NCBI GenBank assembly: GCA_977017645.1 | Contig: OZ360249.1 | Span: 37,138,001-37,202,000, forward strand | Length of the DNA stretch: 64,000 bases | DNA from: Torpedo marmorata | Lineage: Eukaryota | Direction: 5' to 3' | Shown: one piece after another, positions 49,420 through 60,249 of the stretch | Layout: every line of letters starts with the position of its first letter | Position numbering within the stretch: position 1 is the first letter of the stretch | The notes under the pieces: model-generated | Databases searched by the model: none | What the model was told of the DNA's origin: nothing | Seen by the model: the letters and a program-made list of their open reading frames with translations, nothing else | Program-made: the position numbers and the translations under genes

Positions 49420-50455
49420 TGATGCACCATCAATAACTCCGAAAGACTAGAAGTTATGAAGGAACTGATAGGCTTTTATTTACATCGGAATGGATGCACA
49501 TTCCTGGTGGTCGTCTGTCCTGGACTGGGGAGAGAGCTGTGGCACAATGGCCTTTATTCAGGGGTCTGTGGGAGGAGCCACAGCTACAGCCAGTAAGGGG
49601 CGTGTCCAGATGACCATAAACATATATACAGGTATTTACAGTGGTTTACCACATTCACCCCTCCTTTTAAAAAAGAGTCCTGCGGGGTGAAGTGAATTAA
49701 AGTTCTCACAGATTGAGTCTTTCAGGTGGTCTGGTCTGCCACTGCAACAGTCTCTGCCGTATGTAATTTGATCGTATACCGGCGACATAGGCGTCTCTAA
49801 TGAGGTCCTCCGTTTTCACCACAGCTGTTACGGCCTTGCAGCCACAGCCCCATCCGAGGGTTCGCAGGGCCCGTAGGTACTCGTCGCTCGATTCCCCGGG
49901 TCACCGTTTTCGGGTAGCCAGGAGATGTCTAGCGTAGACCTCATTTACCTTCTTCAGGTACTGGCCTCTCAGCGTGTTCATGTCCTCCCGGTAAGATTTG
50001 GCGTCCCTGATCATCGAATATTCCCGCGGCCCGACCCGGGAATATAGTACTTGCAGTGTGTCTTCCTCAGATTGTACGACAACAAGCAGAGGCCCGCAAG
50101 AATGTTTCAAAACAATGCAGCCAGTGTTCAAAACCATTGGATGCCTCAGGTGATTGAGGGTCGAGTTCCAACTTTTCAGGTTTCAGGTACTGATCTATTA
50201 TTGAAAGCGATGTAAATAAAATTGATGCACCATTAATAACTCCGAAAGACTAGAAGTTATGTAGGAACCGATAGGCTTTTATTTACATCGGAATGGATGC
50301 ACATTCCTGGTGGTCGTCTGTCCTGGACTGGGGAGGGAGCTGTGGCACAATGGCCTTTATTCAGGGGTCTGTGGGAGGAGCCACAGGTACAGTCAGTAAG
50401 GGGCGTGTCCAGACGACTAAAACATATACACAGTGATATACAGTGGTTTACCACA
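49420..50455 (-). mobile_element. Non-autonomous miniature LTR retrotransposon (TRIM-like), 1036 bp
   Basis: Direct repeats 49420-49653 and 50223-50455, both TG..CA; perfect 5-bp TSD aggac; polypurine tract on the minus strand at 49654-49669; AATAAA on the minus strand within the LTR. Confidence 0.92.
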
Positions 50456-51167
50456 AGGACCACAAGACATAGAAGCAGAATTAGGCCACTCGGCCCATCT
50501 AGACTTCCCCGCCATGAAGATGTTGCCAGTGCTGGAGAATTACATGAGGAGAGGCAAGCAAGCTCGGGTTGATTTCTTTGGAAAAAGGGAGATGCGGGAG
50601 TTGTGCAGATTTAACTGGAAATGTAATCTCGATAGTATTCAGTATGTGCTTCATCTTTGGGTGAGATCGGGGGCTGTGGAGGAGGTGTGGTATTTTAATT
50701 TAATTGGAAGAAAGATAGAGCACAATTGAGAAAAAAAAATTCACTCACAGGGAGCAGCAAGGTCATTTAAAACGTAGCGGGATGGCCTTCGAAGAGCTGT
50801 GACCTGCCGAGCGAGAGCCTGAACACAAAACAGAGAAGGACAGGAGCAGGAGTGGGTGAACATGACCATGGTTGATCCAGCCCAGGTATCCTCCTCATCT
50901 GTGCCCAATGTCTCAGCCCTCAACGCCTTACTGAGGATAGGGAAGTGAGATTAATCCCAGGATTCACTTTTGGCTGGAGATTCACTTTCAACGGAGGGAA
51001 AATGTGAATCGTTTATTAACAGTAGCAGGAAAACTAAATTTGTACAAATTTCCAACGTTGCACTGGAACAGTGTGAAAGATTTAAGAACAGTTCATTTAT
51101 TACCTTGGAGATAAAGGAACACTATAATGGTGCTTGAACATACAGTCTGTACAGTCTAACTTTTGTA

Positions 51168-51296
51168 AAAATTCACCGAAATGCTGGAGTAACTCAGCCG
51201 GTCTTTTCAGCGTCTAGAGGAGACAAAGATATATTGCCGACGTTTCGGGCCTGAGCCCTTCTTCAATGAATAAGCCAGAAGCAGGAAATCTCAGAA
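51168..51296 (-). mobile_element. Short Penelope-like repeat with hammerhead motif
   Basis: 15-bp TSD agtctaacttttgta (51153-51167, 51297-51311); motif at 51239-51266. Confidence 0.87.
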
Positions 51297-51341
51297 AGTC
51301 TAACTTTTGTACATATGATCCAGTCTGCAGATTTAATTTAG

Positions 51342-51552
51342 TGCTCCTCCCCTTCCCCTTCCTCCCCTCCACCCCCCCCACCCACCTTTTTATTCAGGCG
51401 CCTGCCTGCTTTTTGCTCATACGTTGATGAAGGGCTCAGTCCCGAAACATTGGTTACCCTTTACTTCCTATGGATGCTGTGTGACCTGCGTGCTTCTCCA
51501 GCACGGTTGTGTATTGCACTCAACCCCCTGCATCTGCAGACTTTCTTGTTAA
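51342..51552 (+). mobile_element. Penelope-like repeat with hammerhead motif
   Basis: ttgatgaagggctcagtcccgaaacatt at 51424-51451. Confidence 0.8.
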
Positions 51553-52615
51553 CAATACAATTAAAGCTTGGTTTTCATCTGATTTTTGACACCCATTTTC
51601 GTCACAGTGTAATTCAAACCCCATCGAGAGACTCCTTCCAAATCAGTCAGTCAGCCCTGACAGAAGCAGCTCGAGACCACAGGGGCAAGGGTGCAGGGAC
51701 AGGTGGATTACTTTGTGTTTTGATTTGCACAACAGGAAAGACTCCAACCTCCATGAGGCTGCTTTGCAATCAGCACGCAAGGTGATCCTTGTCCAGAGGC
51801 CAGCGTCAAGTGAGGACTTTACATCTATCAATAAAACCAGTCAAATATAACTGTCCTGCCGTTAATGAGCGGGACACAGCTAATAGTTTTTTTTTATTGC
51901 AGTGATTTTCATACTTTCTTGTCCAGTGCAAAACCCTGACAAACACCCAAATAAATGTCCATTAAATATTGACTGTTGACAAGCAATCACTTCAGAGGCT
52001 TGCCTGAAATTTCTTTCAGCTATAAATTTTTGATATATTCTTGAGCTGTGAGTATCACTAGTAAGGCTAACGTTTTATTGGCCATCTCTAATTGCCCTCA
52101 ATGTGGGACGGTGCCCTTCTCCCTGAACTGTGGCATTCATTTTATTTTCAAAGGAGTGTCTGGTGAAAGAGCGGAGCACGCCATTTAAAACTAACTAAAT
52201 GTTTAGCAACAGAGATACCCCCCCCCCCATCACAGTGAAATTAAATGGTTGCAAATGAACTGAAAACTTTTCTGGACACAGGTTAAAAGTCGCGTTATCA
52301 AACCCACTGCCATCTTTGTCCCTGTGTGATCAAAAGGAAGGTCCTTGGCGATCATCTGGGATATTTCTCCAGGATTTCACCTGCTCCTCCCCTCCACCCC
52401 CCCCCCCCCCCAACTCCTGAGACCAATCAAGTGCTCCTCAGGGACTTCCTTGACCACAAAGCTAGAAGAGGGGGTAGTTTCTCACTGTGCACCTATGGCC
52501 GATGATTCTCCACATGCCATCCAAACCAGAAATCCGTGCCCATGACCCTCATTCCCTCAAGAGGTGGAATTCACCTTATGGAAGGAAAGTAAAGGTACCA
52601 AGGCAGCAGGAGATG

Positions 52616-53158
52616 TAGAACCGTAGAACCATAGAACATTACAGCACAGAAAACAGGCCCTTAGGCTTCTAGTCTACGCCAACTATTATTCGGCCTAGTC
52701 CTACAGCCCTGCACCCAATCCATAGCCCTCCATACCCTTCCCATCCATGTACCTGTCCAAATTTTTCTTAAATGTGAAAATTGAGCCCGCATTCACTATT
52801 TCAGTTGGCAGCTCGTTCCACACTCCCACCATTCTCTGTGTGAAGAAGTTCCCCCTCATGTTCCCCCTAAACTTCTCCCCTTTCACCCTTAACCCATGTC
52901 CTCTGGTTTGTATCTCACCTAACTTCAGTGGAAAAAGCCAACTTGCATTAACCCTCATATCTCTATCAAATCTCCCCTCATTCTTCTATGCTCCAGGGAA
53001 TAAAGTCCCAACCTGTTTAACCTTACCCTGTAACTCAGTTCCTGAAGTCCCAACAACATCCGAGTAAATCTTCTCTGCACTCTTTCAATCTTATTGATAT
53101 CTTTCCTGTAGTTAGGTGACCAAAACTGCACACAATACTCCAAATTTGGCCTCACCAA
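52616..53158 (-). mobile_element. CR1 3' fragment
   Basis: LVRPNLEYCVQFWSPNYRKD..RGNFFTQR. Confidence 0.92.
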
Positions 53159-53892
53159 GATGTAGATGGAGTCCATAGAGGGGAGAGGTTTTTGTTATGT
53201 TTTGTTATGTTCTGAGCTGCATTCACCACCTTGCGTAACTTCTTCCAAATTTGAACTGAGCAGCTCCCGTACCACACTGATGCATCCACCAAGCATACTT
53301 TCGATGGTGTATCTGCTGAAGTTGTTGAAGTACAAGGGGTGCATGCCAATCTTCATTAGTCTTCGAAGTGGAGATGCTGGTGCACTTTCTTCACTGTTGC
53401 ATCAATGTGTTTGTCCCAGGTAAGGTCATTGGAGGTATTTATTCCTAAGATCTTGAAGTTATCTAGTCTTTCCACTTCAGCGCCATTAATATAAACAGGG
53501 GTGTGAACTCTGCCCTCTCTCCCAAAGTAAGCAATCATCTCTTTTGTCTTTTTGAATTTGATCGAGAGAGATTATAATCTTGGTACCATGCCAACAGACT
53601 TTCAACTCTTTCTTGTAGTCCGTCTCGTCGTTATTTGGTATGATCTACTCATGTGCTGTTAGCAGCGAATTTGAAGATGGACAGAGCGGTATTTAACGGT
53701 ACAATTGTGGGTTCACAGGGAGTATGATAGGGAACTGAGAACACCTCCTCGAGGAGCACCGGTGTTGAGTGTGATCGCGGAGGAGATGCTGTTCTTCACT
53801 GATTTTGCAGTCTGTTGGATAAGGATGCAGTTGCAAAAAGGGGAGTCGGGGCCTGGATCTTGGTCCAGAAAGAGTTTGCGAGGGATGATGGT
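53159..53892 (-). mobile_element. Older Rex1/Babar fragment
   Basis: ITLNTGAPRGGVLSSL, INGAEVERLDNFKILG. Confidence 0.8.
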
Positions 53893-54255
53893 ATCTGCTA
53901 CCTGCAATGTAGTCCGCACCCTGCTCTGAGGTTGTTGTTCTGGCTCACGAGGTAGCCTTCAATCAAGCCAAGATGACTTTTCCATTTCGTCACACTGAAC
54001 TTTAGTACTTAGACCAAGCACCATGATGCCTCCCGATGGTAGCCTATCTTCACCCCCTTCCACCTACACATCATCTTGTTCTGCTGTGTGTCTTCTGCTC
54101 ATTCTCCCAACTATGCCATATTCAAAGGAAAACAACTCTACGTATCCTTATCTAGAAGCCACTGGTTAGCCTTGAAGATAGGACAAAATCTTTAATTAAA
54201 CCAATCCCTTTAACCCTCTGCAACTTTTATCCAATCTCTGGGAAGCACAAATAAA

Positions 54256-54748
54256 AAGAACATAGGGCAGTACAGTTGGTACATGATGTTGTGCCAACCT
54301 ATGTAAACCTGCTCTACATAAATCTAATTTTTCCTTTCCTCACCCCTATAACCCTCTATTTTGTTTTACATCTATGTGCCTATCTAAGAGTCTCTTGAAT
54401 GTCCCTATTGTATCAGCCTCCACCACCTCCCCTGGCAATGCATTCCAAGCACCCTCCACTCTCTGCGTAGAAAATTTACCTCTGACGTGTCCCCTAAACT
54501 TTCCTCCACTCACCTTAAACAGACGTCCTCAGGTACTTGCTATTGTCGCCCCAGGAAAATGGTGCTGGCTTCCACCCTACCTAAACCCCTCATAACCTTG
54601 TATACCTCCATTCAATGGAATCATTGTGGCCAGCAAATAACCTACAAGTGGCAGAGTGCCGATGTGGGAGCAGAGGTAGGGAGGGAAGCATTAGCGGAGA
54701 GGTGATGGGTTCTGAATGCATGCATAGGTGGGAAAAGTTAAGGGTTGC
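54256..54748 (-). mobile_element. CR1 3' end plus non-CR1 segment, second copy
   Basis: Colinear with 46365-46865. Confidence 0.8.
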
Positions 54749-54874
54749 TGTTAGCCGGAGCCTTTGGTGCAAGGCTGAGATGAAATTAAAGCTGCATACT
54801 GATTAATGTCATGAACTGCCTATTCTGCATAACAATTTTAGCACATGATGTAGATCATTCCGTCAGGAGATATA

Positions 54875-55005
54875 CGAGCGACTGCAGAAGCTGGAACATG
54901 GAGCAAAAAATGCAGTCGGTAGGAGGAACTCAGCAAGTCATGCAGCATCAGTGGGAGAGAAAGAAAGGTCAATGCTTAAGGCCGGAACCCTTCATCAAGA
55001 CTGAA
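54875..55005 (-). mobile_element. Old Penelope-like repeat with degenerate hammerhead motif
   Basis: ggaggaactcagc...aacccttcatcaagactg. Confidence 0.6.
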
Positions 55006-55689
55006 TCATCAAGTCTGCATTAGAACCAGGAACTACATGTGCCCTCTCGAATACAGTGTCCTCTGTGATTCATCTCAAAGGCACAGACGCCATTTTGGAC
55101 TTCGAAAAAGTGAAATAACAGGTTTTGTCCGTCCCAGTTTCTCGCAGACTATCTGATCTTAAACTGGCAGCCTTCACTGCTAACTCTTATTGAGGAATGA
55201 AAGAGCACAGTGGGTTCCCCAAGTCCTTGCATGGTAGATGCCCTTTATGACACTCTTTCTTTAATTGATTGCAAAGACGGTTAGAAAGGCCTATTGTAAA
55301 CACGAAACACATCTGTGAGCAAATGCTCTCCTGCTGTATAAACACTTCCCGAGGAAGGCTGCGGGCAACTCACACCAGCAAGGAGATCTTACTCACTGGA
55401 CAAGATAAATATTTTATTTGCTCAATTAAGTTACTTCTCGGAGTTTTCTTTTGTTTTGATAGTGTTTGGTTTTCTCAAATAGCATCAAGTTTGAAAAAAA
55501 TACTTTTGACAGACTATTGAAATTGTCCCTTTGAGATTTTAGAAGGGTTAATCATGAAATTATGGGTTAAAAAATGAAACTGTGGCAATTTTCTTTTAAT
55601 GGAAATGTATCAAGATCGGTAACTTCATTAATTAATTTGCAGTTGATTGTCACAAAAGAACCTTTGAAGAGGCGAAAGACAAGATTAAG

Positions 55690-55905
55690 CTGGAGGCAGT
55701 TCAGTGCATAGAGAGCACATTGTCCGAGGTATCAGCTTATAGGTGAGGCAAGAAATTGAGGCCTCGTCTGTCTTCTTGGTTGGTCATGAAGTATTGTCAG
55801 CACCACAGAGCTGGGATATTCGGATCAACTTTTGTCCCCATGTAGCTCCCCATTATCCCTTTGCTGGACATGACACCTTGCTGTGTGCAACTAAGGTCGC
55901 ATCAG
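55690..55905 (+). mobile_element. Ancient Deu-domain SINE remnant
   Basis: gcacattgtccgaggtatcagcttataggtgaggcaagaaattgaggcctcgtctg and cattatccctttgctg..accttgctgtgtgcaa resemble the Deu-SINE consensus as recalled. Confidence 0.5.
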
Positions 55906-56061
55906 AGCTGTCCTTGATATGGTCTCAAGAATCCTCTGAAGGGCAAGGCCCTCCATTTCTATCCATTCAGTATTTAACATATCTCCTTTGCAGGCCATCT
56001 GTGGCCAGGAATCAAAGAAAATGTACGTCACAGAAAGAGGCCATGAAGCCTATCATAATGA

Positions 56062-56308
56062 ATCACGAAAGTCTGCAGACGTTGTGATTGTTTTAAAAAC
56101 ACACAGAAATGTTGGAGGAACTCAGCCGGTCTTGCAGCTTCCATAGGAGCTGACGTTTCGGGCCTGAGCCCTTCCTCAAGGTATAAAGTCTTTTTTCATT
56201 CATATCTTGAGGAAGGGCTCAGGCCTGAAACGTCGGTAATATATCTTTAACTCCAATGGACGCTGCGAGACCAGCTGAGTTCCTCCCGCATTTCTGTGCG
56301 TTTTTTCT
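56062..56308. mobile_element. Penelope-like inverted terminal-repeat pair with two hammerhead motifs
   Basis: Motifs at 56152-56179 (-) and 56207-56234 (+), core UUGAGGA, arms diverged. Confidence 0.85.
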
Positions 56309-57555
56309 TTAAAAAAGCCGATCGTGTCCAGACTGGTTCAAAACTACTCAGTCCAATCCCATCTCCATTTCCACGTCCATAGACCTGCAGGTCACAGCTC
56401 CTCAAATACACATCCAAGTACGAGAGAAACTTACAATGTTTCAGTAATGCGGGGATGGGTTTCAAAAATATGACACTGAAGAATAAGTTGATGAGAATAT
56501 CATTAACATGAACAATCTGACAGTATTTCAGCTCATGGTCACACTGGCTAAAGAGAAAGGTACAACTTTAGGCTCTCTAGCCCAGATTATTTTCGGCTGC
56601 TTTTGAATCTGCCAACGTTTGTCAAATTCAGATGGCTAAAAACTGTTTCAGTAATAAATTCTTGCCATTGCCTAACCCTTCGAGGGTTTGGAACCAGGGG
56701 TCGAGGAGGTGTGACTTGGAGTCCCTAAGCTTGGGTTCACCGCTGGACCGGACAGGAGGCCATACGTCCACAGAGGTTACATGGGTGGACGCAAGAGGCA
56801 GTGGCATTGGAGGACGTAGCAGAACCACGGACACTCAATGTCTCTTTACCTTGATAGTGGCACCTCTTTCTGTGCCTTTAAAGGGTAAAATTAAAGGAAA
56901 AACTTTTTGATGTATTTGTGTCCATAACAATAAACAGATCTTGAATCTTGCCAGACTTCTCAGCGCCAATGTTGCATTCAGCTAAATTTCTTCACTAGTC
57001 CAATTGCACATTCTGCTCAATCACAAGGGAGCCTAATAAGCCCCTGGCATGTATGAATACAACATTCTGAGCCGGAATAAAACCAGAGATCGCTTGACCA
57101 AAAGGGACATCAAAACTTATGATCAATATGAACAGACCAAGAGGACTGCATACGCAATCCACCTGGAGAGATAAATGGTGCCTCGGTCAATAAGGTGCAG
57201 CTATGTTTAATTATTTCACCCAGTTATTATCTTTTTATTAGCCAACTACCTCAGATTGTCATACAGTCTCTGCTGCACTGAACCTCTTAACTATGCTCTG
57301 TTCCAAATATGAATGGCCCTCAAAGAATCAGGCCTGCGCGATTCATGTGGCTGCACTGCCATCTGCTGAACTATGATGGTAAATCAAAAGAGCCATTCAC
57401 AAAGGAGACCGACCGCAACGTTCAATTCTGCCTCTCCCTCACGAGCTCTCATGAAATTTAGGTCCTCCAATTACAAATGCATGCTCTTGAAACAGAAATC
57501 TATGCCAGCAAAAGGCAGTGAACACTCTGACCTAACTTTCCAAATCTATTCCCAT

Positions 57556-57678
57556 CAGGGGTGCAGTGGTAATTTTTTAGGCACCGGAGCTCACCAAAAA
57601 TGGCGACAAGGATGTGTCAGAGCTGCCCCATGAGGTGCCGGAGCGGCGCTCCGGTGAGCTCCGGCAGCACTGCACCCG
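57556..57678. mobile_element. 123-bp hAT MITE
   Basis: Perfect 8-bp TSD attcccat (57548-57555, 57679-57686); termini caggggtgcagtg / cactgcacccg. Confidence 0.88.
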
Positions 57679-58094
57679 ATTCCCATGCCGAGCAAAGGGC
57701 ATTCAACACATCGTACAGCGACTGCAAAGAACTCACTCGTGCAGCAATGGGAGGCCACCACTATTAACTAGACAAATTGTCAAAAAAAATACTCCTGCAC
57801 TTTGACCACAGCCCTCAAAATTCTTCCCTCGCAAACAAATATCCATTTCCCTTTTGAAAGGTACCACTGTTTCGACTTCAACCTTTCTTTCAGGCATTGC
57901 GATACAGTGCTTCATCTCCACCTGAATCACTCTAAACTCTAAATTCAGTTTCTGGTGTGGCACAGGAGGTCATGTTTATAAAATATGCAGGTGCGAGATA
58001 CCATAGTTAGCACGAACTTCGCTTGGATCTAAACAATATCCCACAGTTCATCTCAGCTGCAGTGATGAGAATGGAAAGGAAGTGCCATCTTCAG

Positions 58095-58662
58095 GACTGG
58101 TATGGGGACACCAATACCCATGAGCATAAAGCCCTGCAAAAGATAGTGGACACCGCCCAGGACATCACAGGTAAAACCCTCCCCACCATCGAGAACATCT
58201 ACGGGGAACGCTGCTGATAGAGAGCAGCAGCAATCATCAAGGATCCACACCACCCAGCACACGCTCTGTTCTCGCTGCTACCATCAGGAAAGCGGTATAG
58301 ATGCCACAAGACTCGCACCACCAGGTTCAGTGACAGCTGCTACCCCTCCACCATCAGACTCATCAACAACAAACTCATTTATTATTTATTTAATAAATAA
58401 ATAAGAAAACAGTAAATAAATAAATGATAAATAAAAATGGACTTATTTAAGAACTCTTACTTTTGCACTTTATTGATTTTTTTCCTCTCTCTGTATTGCA
58501 CAGTCTGTTTGTTTACATTTCTTATTACATGTGTATGTTGAATCAGTTATTTTTGCACTGCTACTAAGTCGTAATTCTGCCTCGCCCGCAGGAAAAATAA
58601 TCTCAGGGTTGTATGTGATGTCATTTATGTACTCTGAAAATAAAATTGAAATCTGAAATCTA
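58095..58662 (+). mobile_element. Rex1/Babar 3' end
   Basis: WYGDTNTHEHKALQKIVDTAQDITG plus the shared 3' UTR. Confidence 0.9.
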
Positions 58663-58818
58663 AAGACTGCCTATTCACCAGCTTCCCCACTGTGTTCTGA
58701 GCCCAGACCACAACCAACCATCTGGGCAAGTGAGCATGGAGATTTAGCCTTCTGGTTGGATGCTAATTGTATCTCATTGGCTTGTTTTGCACTGGTACAA
58801 TGACAATAAAGTGTATCT

Positions 58819-59198
58819 TGTAGCGCGTCGCTACGGCTATAGCTCTGCACGTCGAGTTGGTCGTCAAGTCGGTCGTCGAGGCAGTCGTTGCTCTAGTTCT
58901 GGAGCTCAGGAGAGAGATCCACTCCCTCCGAGCGTCAAACAGAACTGCCTATTCTGCCGTCGGCTCTGCCTTTTATAGGTGGGCCGAGCCTGACTGCCGC
59001 GTCACGGATGGGGTGTGGCCTAAGGCGCGACGCCCAAGATTGGTCGGGCCACGATCCATCCTTAGGGATTGGCCCATTCCCTCGTTGCCGTTGTGGCCTA
59101 TGGGAACGGGCCGTCCGAATCACGTGCCGCCTGCGCGATCGCCGTGTTCGTACACCGCTCTCTGTATCGGCCTGCGGAGTAGGTCGCGGGCCGCTACA
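58819..59198. mobile_element. Solo LTR (Gypsy-type), CpG-rich
   Basis: Perfect tgtagcg / cgctaca termini and 4-bp TSD atct; inserted in a LINE tail that continues as (aatct)n. Confidence 0.85.
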
Positions 59199-59282
59199 AT
59201 CTAATCTAATCTAATCTAATCTAACCCTTCTTGTCTCTGATAACTCAGCTCTCGATGGGAGGTAGCAGTCTGGAGGTCACAT

Positions 59283-59430
59283 TCTTATACCTTGAGGAAG
59301 GGCTCAGGCCCGAATCGTCAGTAATATATCGTTACCTCCTATGGACCCTGCGAGACTGGCTGAGTTCCTCCAGCATTTCTGTGTGTTGTTACTACAATTT
59401 CAGTGTCTGCAGACTTTCATGTTTCACTCC
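59283..59430 (+). mobile_element. Penelope-like repeat with hammerhead motif
   Basis: ttgaggaagggctcaggcccgaatcgtc at 59292-59319. Confidence 0.82.
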
Positions 59431-59863
59431 AGAGGCCACATTCTGCCTCTCTTCAGCTTCCGCACTGACACAAATCTGTGGTCAGCTTGCCATTAATCTA
59501 TTTTTTTTTTTACGCCCACAACAACTGTGGTACACAAGGCAAGCTTGATGTTCAAGAATAATTTGACTGGAGATTGATTTTGAGATATTAAGGGAATCAC
59601 AGTGTTATAAGTTCAGTGCAGGAGAAAGGGCTGAGGTAAAAGATCAGCTGTGACCTTATTGCATGATGGAATAGGCACGAAGATCTGAATGGCCTCATGT
59701 TCTAATGTTAATGTTTCCCAGTTGCAGTGGATCAAGATCCAACAATCAGAATGCTAGAAGACTTCTTTCCTTGGCAGCTTTCAATGCAATGGCGTTTAAT
59801 CACAAAACTGGAGATTATTGAGACACACCACTACTCCACCTTAGCAACTATTCCGCCACTGGT

Positions 59864-60075
59864 CAAATCAAGTCAAGTCAAGTTTATTGTCATCTGATTC
59901 CACAATTACAACCCAATGAAACAGCATTCTCCGGTCCTCGGTGCAAAACATGCAGACATACAACCGGACACAACACACGTAGAGACACACAATACATATG
60001 CAGGACAAGAATTAATGTACTGTACACAAATAAATAAATAAATAAATATTGTTTTGTAAATATGGGAGTCTCGGA
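59864..60075 (-). mobile_element. LINE (Rex/L2-type) 3' UTR with (caagt)n tail
   Basis: caagtcaagtcaagtttattgtcat. Confidence 0.6.
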
Positions 60076-60249
60076 TACATTCCTTTAGAAGGTGTTTCTA
60101 TTCAGACCTGGCACATTCTCAGGATTCACAATTTGAATCAGAGGTAAAACTACCCTGGAGTGGGTAATGTTGTTTATTACAGCTAAATTAGTGACTGAAC
60201 TCATCATCCAGTCTTCAATCTGGAGCTCACGTTCCATCAGAGTACAAAA

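Noticed and set aside
51168-51552. Single inverted Penelope insertion
   Set aside because: The first copy has its own 15-bp TSD and a different core variant, so these are two independent insertions.
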